This document shows, in pieces, positions 47,101 through 55,866 of a stretch of DNA of 64,000 nt. The stretch is from Dehalococcoidia bacterium (GTDB taxonomy: Bacteria; Chloroflexota; Dehalococcoidia; SZUA-161; JAUWZY01), in NCBI GenBank assembly GCA_034414595.1, contig DAOULY010000004.1:21156-85155 (forward strand), written 5' to 3'. A model generated the notes under the pieces. It had not been told where the DNA came from. It made no database searches and saw nothing but the letters and a program-made list of their open reading frames with translations. The translations under genes were made by a program, and so were the position numbers. How positions within the stretch are numbered: the stretch's first letter is position 1; each line of letters begins with the position of its first letter.

Positions 47101-47546
47101 ATGAAGTCGCTCGGCTCTTCCGCATCAGCAAGACCGCTGATGGCTTCTTCCTGGAGAGGCATCCCAAGCTCGATCCAGTGGCTACCCCCAGCGACGGAAT
47201 CTATGTGGTTGGCTGTTGCCAGGGGCCCAAGGACATCCCTGACACGGTGGCCCAAGCTTCAGCGGCGGCCGCTCGAGCCCTGGCTTTGATCAGCAAGGGG
47301 ACAGTGGAAATAGAGGCGGGCATTGCGGCAGTCGATGAGCAGCTATGCTCCGGCTGTAAGACCTGCATCATGCTCTGCCCTTATAGTGCTATCTCCTTCG
47401 ATGAGGAGAAAGAGGTCTCCGTTGTCAATGAAGCAGTGTGCAAGGGATGTGGCACCTGTGCCGCGGCATGCCCTGCCGGCGCTATCACTGCTCGGCAATT
47501 CACCACTGAGGAAATAATGGCTCAGATCGAGGGGGTGCTGGTGTAA
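44193..47546 (+). CDS. hdrA: heterodisulfide reductase subunit A with inserted GltD/NfnB-like NAD(P)H oxidoreductase module (HdrL-like)
   Basis: 1117 aa. RIGVYVCYCGSNIAG, GGGIAGIQAA, KCTGCAECSKVCP. The insertion is PPCRAACPAGV...CGRVCTHPCEIDCERGK, GSGPAGLACA, GGGNAAVD. It then resumes AKRCLNCGVCCECLEC...IHCVGSRD...CSRVCC. C-terminal CSGCKTCIMLCP/CKGCGTCAAACP. Confidence 0.92.
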   Translation: METNGRRIGVYVCYCGSNIAGMVDVEEVAEFAQDIPGVVVSRAYKYMCSEPGQELIKKDIRELGVDRVVEASCSPRMHEPTFRRALQDAGLNPYLLEMVNLREHCSWVHEDRLAATEKAKALVNAAVRRVYYHEPLETKEAPVNPNTLVVGGGIAGIQAALEIANGGYKVYLVEREPSIGGYMIKLDKTFPTLDCSACILTPKMTDVGQHPNVELMSYSEVADVSGYVGNFKVKIRKKARYVDETKCTGCAECSKVCPVEVKSEFEEGLANRKAIYIPFPQAVPNKAVVDKHGYPPCRAACPAGVNAQGYIALISQGKFREAVDVVRRTMPFPGICGRVCTHPCEIDCERGKIDEPVSIRSLKRFIADYELKVGREKATPVKLSKEEKVAVIGSGPAGLACAYDLVGMGYPVTVFEAMPEPGGLLRYGIPEYRLPKKVLNNEIDYIRELGVEIKTMTPVRDLSQLFKQGYKAVFLGTGASVSRKMGIPGEEVAGVLHALSFLKQSHSGARVGLGRRVAVVGGGNAAVDAARVALRLGAEDVTIVYRRSRAEMPAVPSEVEQAEREGVKIQFLTVPVQIRSKDGMLVGMECIRMELGEPDASGRRRPVPIKGSEFTIWVDNVIIATGQAVDKAQLPSELVFTDWGTISVDPVTLETNISGVFAGGDVVAGPADVIAAIAAGKEAAISVDRYLSGVDMSEGRPRAISRVAEVAKEGVEARPRATMPLLESKGRLDSFAEVELGFDEKRAIEEAKRCLNCGVCCECLECVKACEAQAINHEMKGDIIEVEVGNIILATGYQQFDPSVIPQYGYGRYDNVVTGLELERMINASGPTSGQVLLKNGREPESVAIIHCVGSRDENYHEYCSRVCCMYALKFSHLLKEHIHGVQVYQFYIDMRCFGKGYEEFYNRLLAEGVNFVRGKPGEITDVAETPEERGKLVIQVEDTLAGQQRRIPVDMVVLCSALEPRSDSDEVARLFRISKTADGFFLERHPKLDPVATPSDGIYVVGCCQGPKDIPDTVAQASAAAARALALISKGTVEIEAGIAAVDEQLCSGCKTCIMLCPYSAISFDEEKEVSVVNEAVCKGCGTCAAACPAGAITARQFTTEEIMAQIEGVLV

Positions 47547-47592
47547 AACAATCTGCCGACCTAGACAGAGTTTTGCCTAAGGAAATAAAAAG

Positions 47593-49842
47593 ATGAAACC
47601 AATATTGGTAGTAGATGACGAATCTATTATGAGGGAGTCTCTCCGAGATTGGTTAACCACCGGTGGTTATGAGGTAGAGACCGCTAAGGAGGGAGAGGAA
47701 GCATTAAGAACTATTGCCAAGCAGGACTTTGAACTTGTTATCCTCGACCTGAGGTTGCCAGGAAAGGATGGGATTGAAGTACTAAAGGAGGCCAGGATAC
47801 AAAGACCGCAGATTAAGGGGATTATCATTACCGCTTATCCCTCAGTGCAGACAGCGGTAGATGCGATGAAGGAAGGTGCTGTCGATTATTTACCCAAACC
47901 CTTTGAACTCGATGACCTTGAGAAAATAATTCGGGAGACTCTTGGACCAGTTCAGATAGAGATAGTGCCAAAGGCTGCCACTGGGACAGCTATAGCCGAA
48001 TTACCTCCTATAGTAGTAGAGGAAGTAAAGGCGAAAGAAGAGCCGGCACAGGTTGAGGAAGTGATTGATGAGGAGACGGGGAAAATATACCTGCCTCCTT
48101 GTCAGATAGCTTGCCCTATTGGAGAGGACATTCAACGAACTAATGCAATGATTGCCCTTCTTCCTCTGGATCCTGAGGAGGCTTCCAGCCAGGTAATAAA
48201 AATAGGTGATGTGATTTACGAGAAGAATCCTCTATTCCCAGTATGCAGCTATATTTGTGGGCTTTGTGAGAGGGAGTGCAATTGCAAAGACCAGACCGGA
48301 GCAATAAGAAGAAAGTTGCTCAAACGGTTTCTAACTGATTATTACCTTCCATACTTGGAAACCAAGCCACCAATTCCCTACCCTACTAAGGAAAAGGTTG
48401 CTGTGATTGGGGGAGGACCCGGGGGATTGATGTGTGCTTACATGCTTAGTAAAAAGGGATATCAGGTGACTATTCTGGAAATGAGTTCCCAGTTAGGGGG
48501 TGCTCTAAGATACATCCCTCGATATCGTCTGCCAACAAATATTATAGATACTACTTTAAATAATCTGGCAAGGATCGCCCATATTGATGTTAAATTCGGA
48601 GTAAAGTTGGGCAAGGATGGGAAAACGCTGGATGACCTTCAAAATGCAGGTTACCAGGCCATATTCATTGCTACCGGCACCCATTCTCCTAGACCCCTTA
48701 CTATTGAGGGACAACTAGTAACAGGAGCAAATCTAGATGGCGTCGAGTTCGGGTTGCATCTTCTCTCCGATGTGAACCAAGGAAAGGTCTCTACTCGGTT
48801 CCTTCGCCGGCTCTTTTCGGGTAGGAGGGTGATAGTAGTGGGCGGTGGCAATGTGGCATTTGATGTAGCAAGGTCTGTCCGGCGGCTCGACGGAGATGTT
48901 TCTATTGTCTGTCTCGAGTGTGAGGATAAATCTTCTAAGGATGGGGTTCCGGCCGATGTAGAAGAGATAGAAGGCGCTGAAGAAGAAGGCATAGAAATAC
49001 ATTATTGCCGGGGAATAGAAGAGATAATCGGAGAGGATGGAAAATTCAGAAAAATAAAATGCCCCCGTTGTATATCAGTCTTTGATGAACGCGGATTCAA
49101 TCCTAAATTTGACCGGAGTGATGCGATATATCTTGAGGGTGATGTGTTGCTGATTACCATAGGGCAAGGTTCAGAGCGGGCATTTTTCCAGCAGGAAGGC
49201 TTGTTTAATGATAAAGGCAGGCTTGATATCGACCAGTTTACTCTCATGAGCAATCGCAAAGAAGGAGTTTTCATTGGAGGCGATGTAAGGCGGGCAGGTT
49301 TTGCTGCGGAAGCAATGAGAGATGGGGTAATGGCAGCGGAGTCTATAGATCGCTACCTGAGGGGTGAGAACCTGAAGGCAGGCAGGGAAAAGGAATATGA
49401 AAATGCTGCTATCCCCCAGCTTATGGATTACAAGCCTCAACCTCAATTGGAATGGGCACCGGTGGAAGAGAGGCTAAACTTTGAATTGTTTGAAAAAGGG
49501 TTCACCCTGGAAGAAGCAGTGAAAGAGGCCAGAAGGTGCCTGTGCTGTGGCCCATGTAAAAGTTGTAAAGCGTGTGTGGCACTGGCACTTCAGCCTCAGA
49601 TACCACAAATTGAAATCGACCAAGATGTATGTAGCGGGTGTGGAATTTGTGTTGCCGTATGCAGCTACAATGCAGCCAAAATAGTGAAATCTGATAACGG
49701 GAGCGGGCTAGTATCAATTATAGATGACCTTAGGTGCAAGCGATGTGGTGTATGTATTGCTGCCTGTCCTGCTGAAGCCATTAACACTAACCAATTTACT
49801 ACTGAGCGCATTATGACTGAGATTGAGGAGGTGCTGGTATGA
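47593..49842 (+). CDS. receiver (CheY-like) domain fused to GltD-like flavoprotein and HdrA-type C-terminal ferredoxin domain
   Basis: 749 aa. REC: ILVVDDE...[11 protein letters not shown]...IIITAY...PKPF. Then [11 protein letters not shown]...[71 protein letters not shown]. The tail [16 protein letters not shown] mirrors the HdrA tail QFTTEEIMAQIEGVLV. The stop overlaps the mvhD ATG (ATGA). Confidence 0.88.
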   Translation: MKPILVVDDESIMRESLRDWLTTGGYEVETAKEGEEALRTIAKQDFELVILDLRLPGKDGIEVLKEARIQRPQIKGIIITAYPSVQTAVDAMKEGAVDYLPKPFELDDLEKIIRETLGPVQIEIVPKAATGTAIAELPPIVVEEVKAKEEPAQVEEVIDEETGKIYLPPCQIACPIGEDIQRTNAMIALLPLDPEEASSQVIKIGDVIYEKNPLFPVCSYICGLCERECNCKDQTGAIRRKLLKRFLTDYYLPYLETKPPIPYPTKEKVAVIGGGPGGLMCAYMLSKKGYQVTILEMSSQLGGALRYIPRYRLPTNIIDTTLNNLARIAHIDVKFGVKLGKDGKTLDDLQNAGYQAIFIATGTHSPRPLTIEGQLVTGANLDGVEFGLHLLSDVNQGKVSTRFLRRLFSGRRVIVVGGGNVAFDVARSVRRLDGDVSIVCLECEDKSSKDGVPADVEEIEGAEEEGIEIHYCRGIEEIIGEDGKFRKIKCPRCISVFDERGFNPKFDRSDAIYLEGDVLLITIGQGSERAFFQQEGLFNDKGRLDIDQFTLMSNRKEGVFIGGDVRRAGFAAEAMRDGVMAAESIDRYLRGENLKAGREKEYENAAIPQLMDYKPQPQLEWAPVEERLNFELFEKGFTLEEAVKEARRCLCCGPCKSCKACVALALQPQIPQIEIDQDVCSGCGICVAVCSYNAAKIVKSDNGSGLVSIIDDLRCKRCGVCIAACPAEAINTNQFTTERIMTEIEEVLV

Positions 49843-50291
49843 GCTTCGAACCAAAGATCGTTGGCTTCCTGTGCAACTGGTGCTCTTATGCCGGAGCCGA
49901 TCTGGCAGGTACATCGAGGATCAAGTACCCTCCCAATGTGCGGGTAGTAAGGGTGATGTGTAGTGGGCGAGTGGAACCCGCTTTTGTGCTCAAGGCCTTC
50001 GCCTGTGGAGCAGATGGTGTGCTCATCTGCGGCTGCCATCCCGGAGACTGCCACTACATGGAAGGGAACTATAAAGCGGCCCGACGCATCCCTTTGCTCA
50101 AGGAAATGCTAAAGCAGTTTGGGATCGAGGAAGAGAGGGTTCGTCTTGAGTGGGTCTCTGCTTCTGAGGGCGATCGCTTCGCCGCCATCGTCAAGGACAT
50201 GACAGCTAAGATAAGAGAATTAGGACCTCTCGACTGGAACGAAAGGAGGCGAGGTGCAGAAGCTGAAACTGGCACTATACTGGTCGGCTAG
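49839..50291 (+). CDS. mvhD: MvhD-like hydrogenase iron-sulfur subunit D
   Basis: [21 protein letters not shown]...MCSGR...[10 protein letters not shown]. Confidence 0.9.
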   Translation: MSFEPKIVGFLCNWCSYAGADLAGTSRIKYPPNVRVVRVMCSGRVEPAFVLKAFACGADGVLICGCHPGDCHYMEGNYKAARRIPLLKEMLKQFGIEEERVRLEWVSASEGDRFAAIVKDMTAKIRELGPLDWNERRRGAEAETGTILVG

Positions 50292-51219
50292 CTGTGGTGG
50301 CTGCGATGTCGCTGTCCTCGATACAAATGAAAAGATCCTCGACATAGCTGAGATAGCCGACATCGTCTTCTGGCCCATAGCTCTGGATTTCAAGTATGAC
50401 GACGTCAGGGCCATGGATGACGGGAGCATCGATGTCTGTCTTTTCAACGGTGCGGTGAGGAACTCGGAGCAGGAGGAGATCGCCCGGCTGCTTCGAGCCA
50501 AGTCAAAAGTGATGGTGGCCTTTGGTGCCTGTGCCTGCTTCGGCGGCATCCCAGCCTTGGCCAACCTCACCAACAAGGAGGGGATATTCGAGCGGGCTTA
50601 TGTAGAGGCTCCTTCAAACGATAACCACACAGTGGCCTACCCCCAGCTCAAAACGAGTGTCCCCGAGGGAGAGCTCGAAATACCTGAGTTCTATGATACT
50701 GTCCTGGCACTGCATCAGCTGGTAGATGTGGAATACTTCGTGCCTGGCTGTCCACCTCCGGTGGACCTGATCTTGGAGTTTGTGAATATGCTGAAATCGG
50801 GCCAGCTTCCCCCGCCGGTGGCTGTGCTGGCCAAGGAGAAGTCGCTCTGTGATGAGTGTCCCAGGAAGAAAGAGGAGAAGAAAATTACTCGGATTTATCG
50901 ACCCCACCAGCTCATTCCTGAACCCGAGCGCTGTCTCTTGGAGCAAGGGCTAATCTGCCTCGGCCCGGCGACCAGGGGGGGCTGTGGCGCCCGATGCATC
51001 CTGGCCAACATGCCCTGCCGGGGCTGTTTTGGGCCTACGCCAGAGGTCACAGACCAGGGGGCCAATATACTCAGTGCAGTGGCCTCGATCTATGAGGTCA
51101 GGGATGAGGAGGAGATTACAAGGATGACAGATGAGGTGGTAGACCCAGCAGGCACATTCTACCGCTTCGGCATGTCAACCTCGCTGCTTCAAAGCAGGAG
51201 GGAGAAGGAGGCCAAATGA
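50254..51219 (+). CDS. mvhG: [NiFe]-hydrogenase small subunit, Mvh/group-3 type
   Basis: [18 protein letters not shown] (proximal cluster CxxC), [26 protein letters not shown] start after aggagg. Confidence 0.88.
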   Translation: MQKLKLALYWSASCGGCDVAVLDTNEKILDIAEIADIVFWPIALDFKYDDVRAMDDGSIDVCLFNGAVRNSEQEEIARLLRAKSKVMVAFGACACFGGIPALANLTNKEGIFERAYVEAPSNDNHTVAYPQLKTSVPEGELEIPEFYDTVLALHQLVDVEYFVPGCPPPVDLILEFVNMLKSGQLPPPVAVLAKEKSLCDECPRKKEEKKITRIYRPHQLIPEPERCLLEQGLICLGPATRGGCGARCILANMPCRGCFGPTPEVTDQGANILSAVASIYEVRDEEEITRMTDEVVDPAGTFYRFGMSTSLLQSRREKEAK

Positions 51220-52721
51220 AGTTGGTAACCATTAACCCCATCACCAGGCTGGAAGGGCATGGAAAGATAGACATTTTCCTTGATGACGAGGGAAATGTGG
51301 CCAATGCCTACCTCGAGATTCCTGAGCTCCGCGGGTTCGAGAAATTCTGTGAGGGAAGGCCGGTGGAGGAAATGCCGCGGATAACCCCCAGGATTTGCGG
51401 CGTCTGCCCCGGAGCGCACCATATGGCCTCGACCAAGGCCACTGATGCTGTCTTTCATATTGAGCCACCGCTGGCGGCGAAGAAACTGCGGGAGCTTTTT
51501 TACTGTGCCCATATGATCCACTCCCATATCGCTCACTTCTACGCTCTGGCTGCTCCTGACTTTATCCCCGGCCCTATGGCTGACCCTAAGGAGAGGAACA
51601 TCCTGGGACTGATAGCCAAGGTCGGGCTCGAGGTCGGCAGTGAGGTGATCAAACACCGTGCCTATGCCCAGGATATACAAGCAGTTATTGGGGGCAAGGC
51701 AACTCATCCCGTCTGCGGCTTGCCGGGGGGGATGAGTAAAGCTATTACCGAGGAGGAACGGCGCGACTTTGAGGAAAAGGCCAGGAGCTTGGTCGAGTTT
51801 GGCAAGTTCTCACTAAAGCTGTTCGACGACTTGGTCCTGGCTAACAAAGAGTACCTGGATTTGATCTTAGGCGACATCTACACTATGAAGAGCTACTACA
51901 TGGGCCTGGTGGATGTCAATAACAGGGTGAACTTCTACGAAGGCGATATTCGGGTTGTTGATCCCGAGGGGAACGAATTCCACAGGTTCAAGCCTGCTGA
52001 GTACTTGGATTACGTAGCGGAGCATACGGAGCCCTGGTCCTATTTGAAGTTTCCCTTCTTGAAAAAGGTTGGCTGGAAAGGGCTGGTGGATGGGAGTGAA
52101 AGCGGGGTCTATCGGGTGAATTCCTTAGCTCGACTCAACGTGGCCGACGGTATGGCAACTCCGTTGGCTCAGGAAGAATATGAGCGGATGTTCCAGACTC
52201 TTGGCGGCAAGCCGGTTCACGCCACGCTGGCCTTCCACTGGGCGAGGTTGGTAGAGCTACTATATGCTGCCGAGCGACTGCTTGAGCTCTGCCAGGACGG
52301 GGAGATCACCGATCCCAATGTCCGGATCATCCCCACAGCTACCCCGGATGAGGGGGTCGGTGTGGTGGAGGCCCCGCGGGGCACACTGTTCCATCGCTAT
52401 CAGACCGATGATAAGGGCATTATCCAGAAAGTGAACTTGATCGTGGCTACAGTGCAAAATAATCCGGCCATGAACATGTCCGTCAGGAGAGCAGCTCAGG
52501 GTTTGATTCACAAGGGTAAGGTGGTGACCGAAGGACTGTTGAATATGGTCGAGATGGCATTTCGCGCCTATGACCCGTGCATGGCCTGTGCTACCCATAC
52601 CTTGCCCGGGCAGATGCCACTCGAGGTGGTTATCTACGATAGCAAGGGGCAGGTGGTTGAGAAGTTGAGTCAGCACTTGCATTCAGAGTCGACTGGCATA
52701 AGAGTGCAGGTAGTGACATAG
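51216..52721 (+). CDS. mvhA: [NiFe]-hydrogenase large subunit, Mvh/group-3 type
   Basis: ITRLEGHGKI, RICGVCPGAHH (N-terminal Ni-Fe ligands), C-terminal DPCMACATH followed by about 40 aa of cleavable extension. Confidence 0.92.
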   Translation: MKLVTINPITRLEGHGKIDIFLDDEGNVANAYLEIPELRGFEKFCEGRPVEEMPRITPRICGVCPGAHHMASTKATDAVFHIEPPLAAKKLRELFYCAHMIHSHIAHFYALAAPDFIPGPMADPKERNILGLIAKVGLEVGSEVIKHRAYAQDIQAVIGGKATHPVCGLPGGMSKAITEEERRDFEEKARSLVEFGKFSLKLFDDLVLANKEYLDLILGDIYTMKSYYMGLVDVNNRVNFYEGDIRVVDPEGNEFHRFKPAEYLDYVAEHTEPWSYLKFPFLKKVGWKGLVDGSESGVYRVNSLARLNVADGMATPLAQEEYERMFQTLGGKPVHATLAFHWARLVELLYAAERLLELCQDGEITDPNVRIIPTATPDEGVGVVEAPRGTLFHRYQTDDKGIIQKVNLIVATVQNNPAMNMSVRRAAQGLIHKGKVVTEGLLNMVEMAFRAYDPCMACATHTLPGQMPLEVVIYDSKGQVVEKLSQHLHSESTGIRVQVVT

Positions 52722-52733
52722 AAAGACGAGGGA

Positions 52734-53258
52734 ATGAAGACACTGATCTTGGGGCTGGGCAACCCGATTCTCAGCGATGATGGGGTAGGGCTTCACGTTG
52801 CTGCGGAACTCAAAGACAGGATTGACCAGCGAGAGGTAACCGTCATGGAGACCAGCATGGCTGGCCTGAACCTGCTGGACCTGCTGGTTGGCTATGATAG
52901 GGCTATCATCATCGATGCTATTCAGACTGTAGAAGGGGGGGCGGGGCAGATTTACCAGCTTGAGACGGGGGCGTTCGATACCAGCCGGCACTCTGCCTCG
53001 CCCCACGATGTTAACTTCGCCACTGCTCTTGAGCTTGGCAACAGGCTGGGTCTGGCTTTACCTCAACAAATTGACATCTTCGCCATCGAGGCGGCGGATG
53101 TGAGCACCTTCAGCGAGGAATGCACTCCTGAAGTGAGACAGGCGATCCCTGTTTGTGTTGAAGTGATCATCGAGGAGCTAAAAGGAGGCTCGAATGCACA
53201 GCTTGGCGATGGCCCAAAGCATTATGCAGGCGGCGCTCAGCGAAGCCGAGAAGCATGA
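52734..53258 (+). CDS. hydrogenase maturation endopeptidase (HyaD/HycI family)
   Basis: MKTLILGLGNPILSDDGVGLHVA...AIIIDAI...SPHD motifs. The 3' end overlaps the hypA-like start, so the functional end may be earlier. Confidence 0.85.
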   Translation: MKTLILGLGNPILSDDGVGLHVAAELKDRIDQREVTVMETSMAGLNLLDLLVGYDRAIIIDAIQTVEGGAGQIYQLETGAFDTSRHSASPHDVNFATALELGNRLGLALPQQIDIFAIEAADVSTFSEECTPEVRQAIPVCVEVIIEELKGGSNAQLGDGPKHYAGGAQRSREA

Positions 53259-53475
53259 GGGAAAGTGCATCAAAGAGCTCAGTGTTAAAGTGGGAGAACA
53301 CACTTTCCTGGAATCTGATTCGCTGCAGTTTTGCTTGGAGGCTTTGTCGAAGGGAACCATTGCCGAGGGGGCACAGATAGGGATTGAGCTTGTAGGCGAA
53401 ACCGATTGTGGCGATGGAAACCATGAGCTACATACTGATGAGGAGCTTGTGTCAATCACGCTAAAGCTGGAGTGA
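53194..53475 (+). CDS. hypA: HypA-like protein lacking the zinc-ribbon (possibly degenerate)
   Basis: MHSLAMAQSIMQAAL...SLQFCLEALSKGTIAEGAQIGIE matches the HypA Ni-binding N-terminus (MHE/MHS). The CxxC...CxxC zinc module is absent (93 aa). Confidence 0.6.
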   Translation: MHSLAMAQSIMQAALSEAEKHEGKCIKELSVKVGEHTFLESDSLQFCLEALSKGTIAEGAQIGIELVGETDCGDGNHELHTDEELVSITLKLE

Positions 53476-53484
53476 AGGGCCAGA

Positions 53485-53565
53485 ATGTGTGTAGCGATGC
53501 CGCACAAGGTGCTTGAAGTCAGTGAGAACGGCCGAGCTCAGATTGAGGTTGATGGCATCAGGTAG
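53485..53565 (+). pseudogene. hypC: hypC truncated after 26 codons
   Basis: MCVAMPHKVLEVSENGRAQIEVDGIR* has the MCxxxP HypC N-terminus and first beta-strands, then a stop. Full-length HypC is about 75-90 aa. Confidence 0.65.
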
Positions 53566-53750
53566 GCCATGCTTCGTTCAGGTGGATCGCCCCTCAAGCT
53601 GATAGAATAGGTTGTCCGGTTAGCAACAGCAGCTGGATGGTGAGGATTCACAAATACACCAGCTTGTTGGGAGAAAACGGTTGTTAAACAATAGTCCATA
53701 ATGTGTGGCAGGAGTAACGAAAGCTCGGAATGTTACTCCCAACTAACAAA

Positions 53751-53779
53751 AAGAGGCAGGGGATTCATCGTCCCCTCTT
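53751..53779 (-). terminator. putative terminator after the recombinase gene
   Basis: Minus strand aagaGGGGAcgatgaaTCCCCtgcctcttttt, directly after the TAG stop. Confidence 0.45.
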
Positions 53780-54724
53780 CTATTTGAAGCTGAGATTATC
53801 CACCGGACTATATTTCTTATGGCTCTCGATAGCGTCATAGCATCCCACAGCTTGGCAATACCTGTTCGTCATCATCAGCGTAGTATGCCCCAGTAACCTT
53901 TGCAGCATCAGGCTATCCCCTCCATTCTTCAGCCACGTGGTTGCGAAAGTATGCCGAAGCAAATGGGGATGGACATTAATGCCTGTCCTCTTCCTGAGCT
54001 TAATGAAGAGTGTCTCAACGCTACTGTCTTTCAGGGTAACTCCCTTCTCTGTCAGCCATAAGCTCTCATTGTGGCCATTTACCTTGCTTCGAAGTTTCAA
54101 GTATCTCCTTAATGCCTTCCATGTCGTATTGCCGTAGCGGACCACCCTTTCCCCTGTCTTTCCGTCAACCCTCATTAGCTGCTGTTCCATATTGATGTCC
54201 GCCATCTTAATATTGAGCAGTTCCCCTAACCGTAACCCGCAGTCTACCAGAACCAGGATTATGGCCTTGTTCCTTATCCCATCAAAGGTATCCGGAAGGC
54301 TTGATATTAGTTGATTTATCTCGGTACTAATAAGGGATTTTACAACCTTCTTCTCTGCCCTCGGTACTTTTATCTTAACCAGAGAATTGGTTTCCAAAAT
54401 GCCTTCGTTAACCGACCAATTTAACAAGGCTGATAATGCCCGATAGTATTTCTGGACAGTGGTGGAGTTCATAGGCTTCATGGCTCGTGGACAGGTACTA
54501 TTGAAGCGGTGAGGTGTTTCCCTGAGATAAGCCAGGAACTCTCTTAGGTGGTTTGTAGTTATGGCTGAAATATCATCCGGCCAGTTGTAATTAGTGGCAT
54601 ACCATAGAAAGCCTTTGAGCTTGTCCGAGTAACATTCAATCGTTCCGTAAGATTTCCCCTCTACCTTGCAGGACAGCAGGAAGCCATCAATAGCTTGCTT
54701 TATTGTTGTAACTTTCTTAGACAT
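53780..54724 (-). CDS. tyrosine site-specific recombinase/integrase (XerC/D-like fold)
   Basis: 314 aa. N-terminal SAM-like core-binding domain. Catalytic signature DCGLRLGEL (Arg), HLLRHTF (His-x-x-Arg), LLGH, TNRYCQ (Tyr). Only intact copy in the window. Confidence 0.9.
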   Translation of the reverse strand: MSKKVTTIKQAIDGFLLSCKVEGKSYGTIECYSDKLKGFLWYATNYNWPDDISAITTNHLREFLAYLRETPHRFNSTCPRAMKPMNSTTVQKYYRALSALLNWSVNEGILETNSLVKIKVPRAEKKVVKSLISTEINQLISSLPDTFDGIRNKAIILVLVDCGLRLGELLNIKMADINMEQQLMRVDGKTGERVVRYGNTTWKALRRYLKLRSKVNGHNESLWLTEKGVTLKDSSVETLFIKLRKRTGINVHPHLLRHTFATTWLKNGGDSLMLQRLLGHTTLMMTNRYCQAVGCYDAIESHKKYSPVDNLSFK

Positions 54725-54733
54725 TGAACCTCT

Positions 54734-54799
54734 CCTTCTTCTCTTCTGATTTGCGCGAGACGATATATGAGATTCCGGAGAAGGTCAATAGTGATGTGG
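54734..54799. repeat. junction repeat R, reference copy in the integrase 5' flank
   Basis: ccttcttctcttctgatttgcgcgagacgatatatgagattccggagaaggtcaatagtgatgtgg begins about 10 nt upstream of the integrase ATG. Confidence 0.85.
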
Positions 54800-54931
54800 T
54801 TAGGAGTTTTTGGTGCAAATCAAATATAAATAGAGTTCGCTTCAGAGTTGATTTTTACGTGATATAATTTATCCTCTAAGAGCTAATATTAATCATCCAA
54901 GCTCAGTGGATTTGCGAGAAGGAGTAACAAC

Positions 54932-55132
54932 ATGGCAAAAAAAGGAAGTAAAGTTCCATTACTCAAAGAATGCCCCCGGTGTCAGACTGAAGAATGGAGG
55001 CAGGAGGAACTCTCAATGTCTGGAAAATCTGGATTTATGGGTAGAACGTGGATATTCTGGGCATTTATATGTAAAGGGTGTGGTTATACAGAATTCTACC
55101 ATAAGGAAATCGCAGGAATGTTATGGAAATAA
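54932..55132 (+). CDS. small zinc-ribbon protein
   Basis: 66 aa. CPRC...CKGC. aaggag RBS 8 nt upstream of the ATG. Confidence 0.5.
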   Translation: MAKKGSKVPLLKECPRCQTEEWRQEELSMSGKSGFMGRTWIFWAFICKGCGYTEFYHKEIAGMLWK

Positions 55133-55201
55133 ACTATGCCTTGCTTATAAATAGAGTTAAAAACACCAAGTTTAAAGCAAAGTACTGAGAGGTTCTATTA
55201 G

Positions 55202-55337
55202 TGGCAGCGGAGGAATTTGAAGAAACAAGAATAGGCAAGCGTATAACTAACACTTGCCTCCAATAGCTAATATTCGGTTTGCTGAAGAGTTTAGGTCTCT
55301 ATATGTCGTTATTGAAAATCTTGCTCTTCAGAGTTTC
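55202..55337. repeat. ~135-bp direct repeat, copy a (starts with a tRNA-3'-end-like 21-mer)
   Basis: tggcagcggaggaatttgaag (17/21 identical to the 13421 tRNA-like copy, hand aligned), then the hairpin aggcaag...cttgcct and the 3'-end remnant of a small gene (ETLKSKIFNNDI* on the minus strand). Confidence 0.65.
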
Positions 55338-55338
55338 C

Positions 55339-55557
55339 TTAGAAACCACTGCCGTCAGGAACGCCGTCACCAGCATTAGGAGCAGGTCCAGGTCCCCCAT
55401 TTAGCCAGTCGTCCATCCCGCTGCCATCAGAGATCCCATCACCCGAATAAGGAGCAGGCCCATGCGGCCCGACCTCGGCCTCTGTTGCGGCGAATGCCAT
55501 ACTGGAGTGTAGAACAATCAGGGCTAAGACGGCGGCTATAATAAGTAGTATTCTCAT
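55339..55557 (-). CDS. small secreted Gly/Pro/Asp-rich repeat protein
   Basis: 72 aa. Signal-peptide-like MRILLIIAAVLALIVLHSSMAFA, then two repeats GPAPYSGDGISDGSG and GPAPNAGDGVPDGSG. aaggagg RBS 6 nt upstream. Confidence 0.65.
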   Translation of the reverse strand: MRILLIIAAVLALIVLHSSMAFAATEAEVGPHGPAPYSGDGISDGSGMDDWLNGGPGPAPNAGDGVPDGSGF

Positions 55558-55727
55558 ATTCTGCCTCCTTTTCTCCTTTATCAGCTATCGTTTTTCAGGC
55601 GCTAAGCTGGCGTTAAGCTTTCTTTATCTTGTGTTACGGATGTTTCTGCTTTCACTATATATAACGAAAAAAAGGAGAAAGTGTCACTTATACTGGATTG
55701 ATGAAAAGCGTTAAATGGTTTTTCTGG

Positions 55728-55866
55728 TGGCAGCCACCAGCTTCCAAGAAAACAAGAATAGGCAAGCGCAACTAACCCTTGCCTCCAATGGCTACTATTC
55801 GATTTACCGAAGAGTTCAGCCCTATATCTCGTTATTTAAAATCTTACTCTTCAGAGTCTCCCACTC
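55728..55866. repeat. ~135-bp direct repeat, copy b
   Basis: tggcagccaccagcttccaagaaaacaagaataggcaagcgcaactaacccttgcct... aligns along its length with 55202-55337. Confidence 0.65.

Noticed and set aside
18645-47546. Selenocysteine recoding (in-frame TGA) in HdrA/MvhD, as reported for some HdrA/HdrL proteins.
   Set aside because: All hdrA, mvhD and mvhA reading frames are uninterrupted with Cys at the relevant motifs, so no in-frame TGA or SECIS needs to be invoked.
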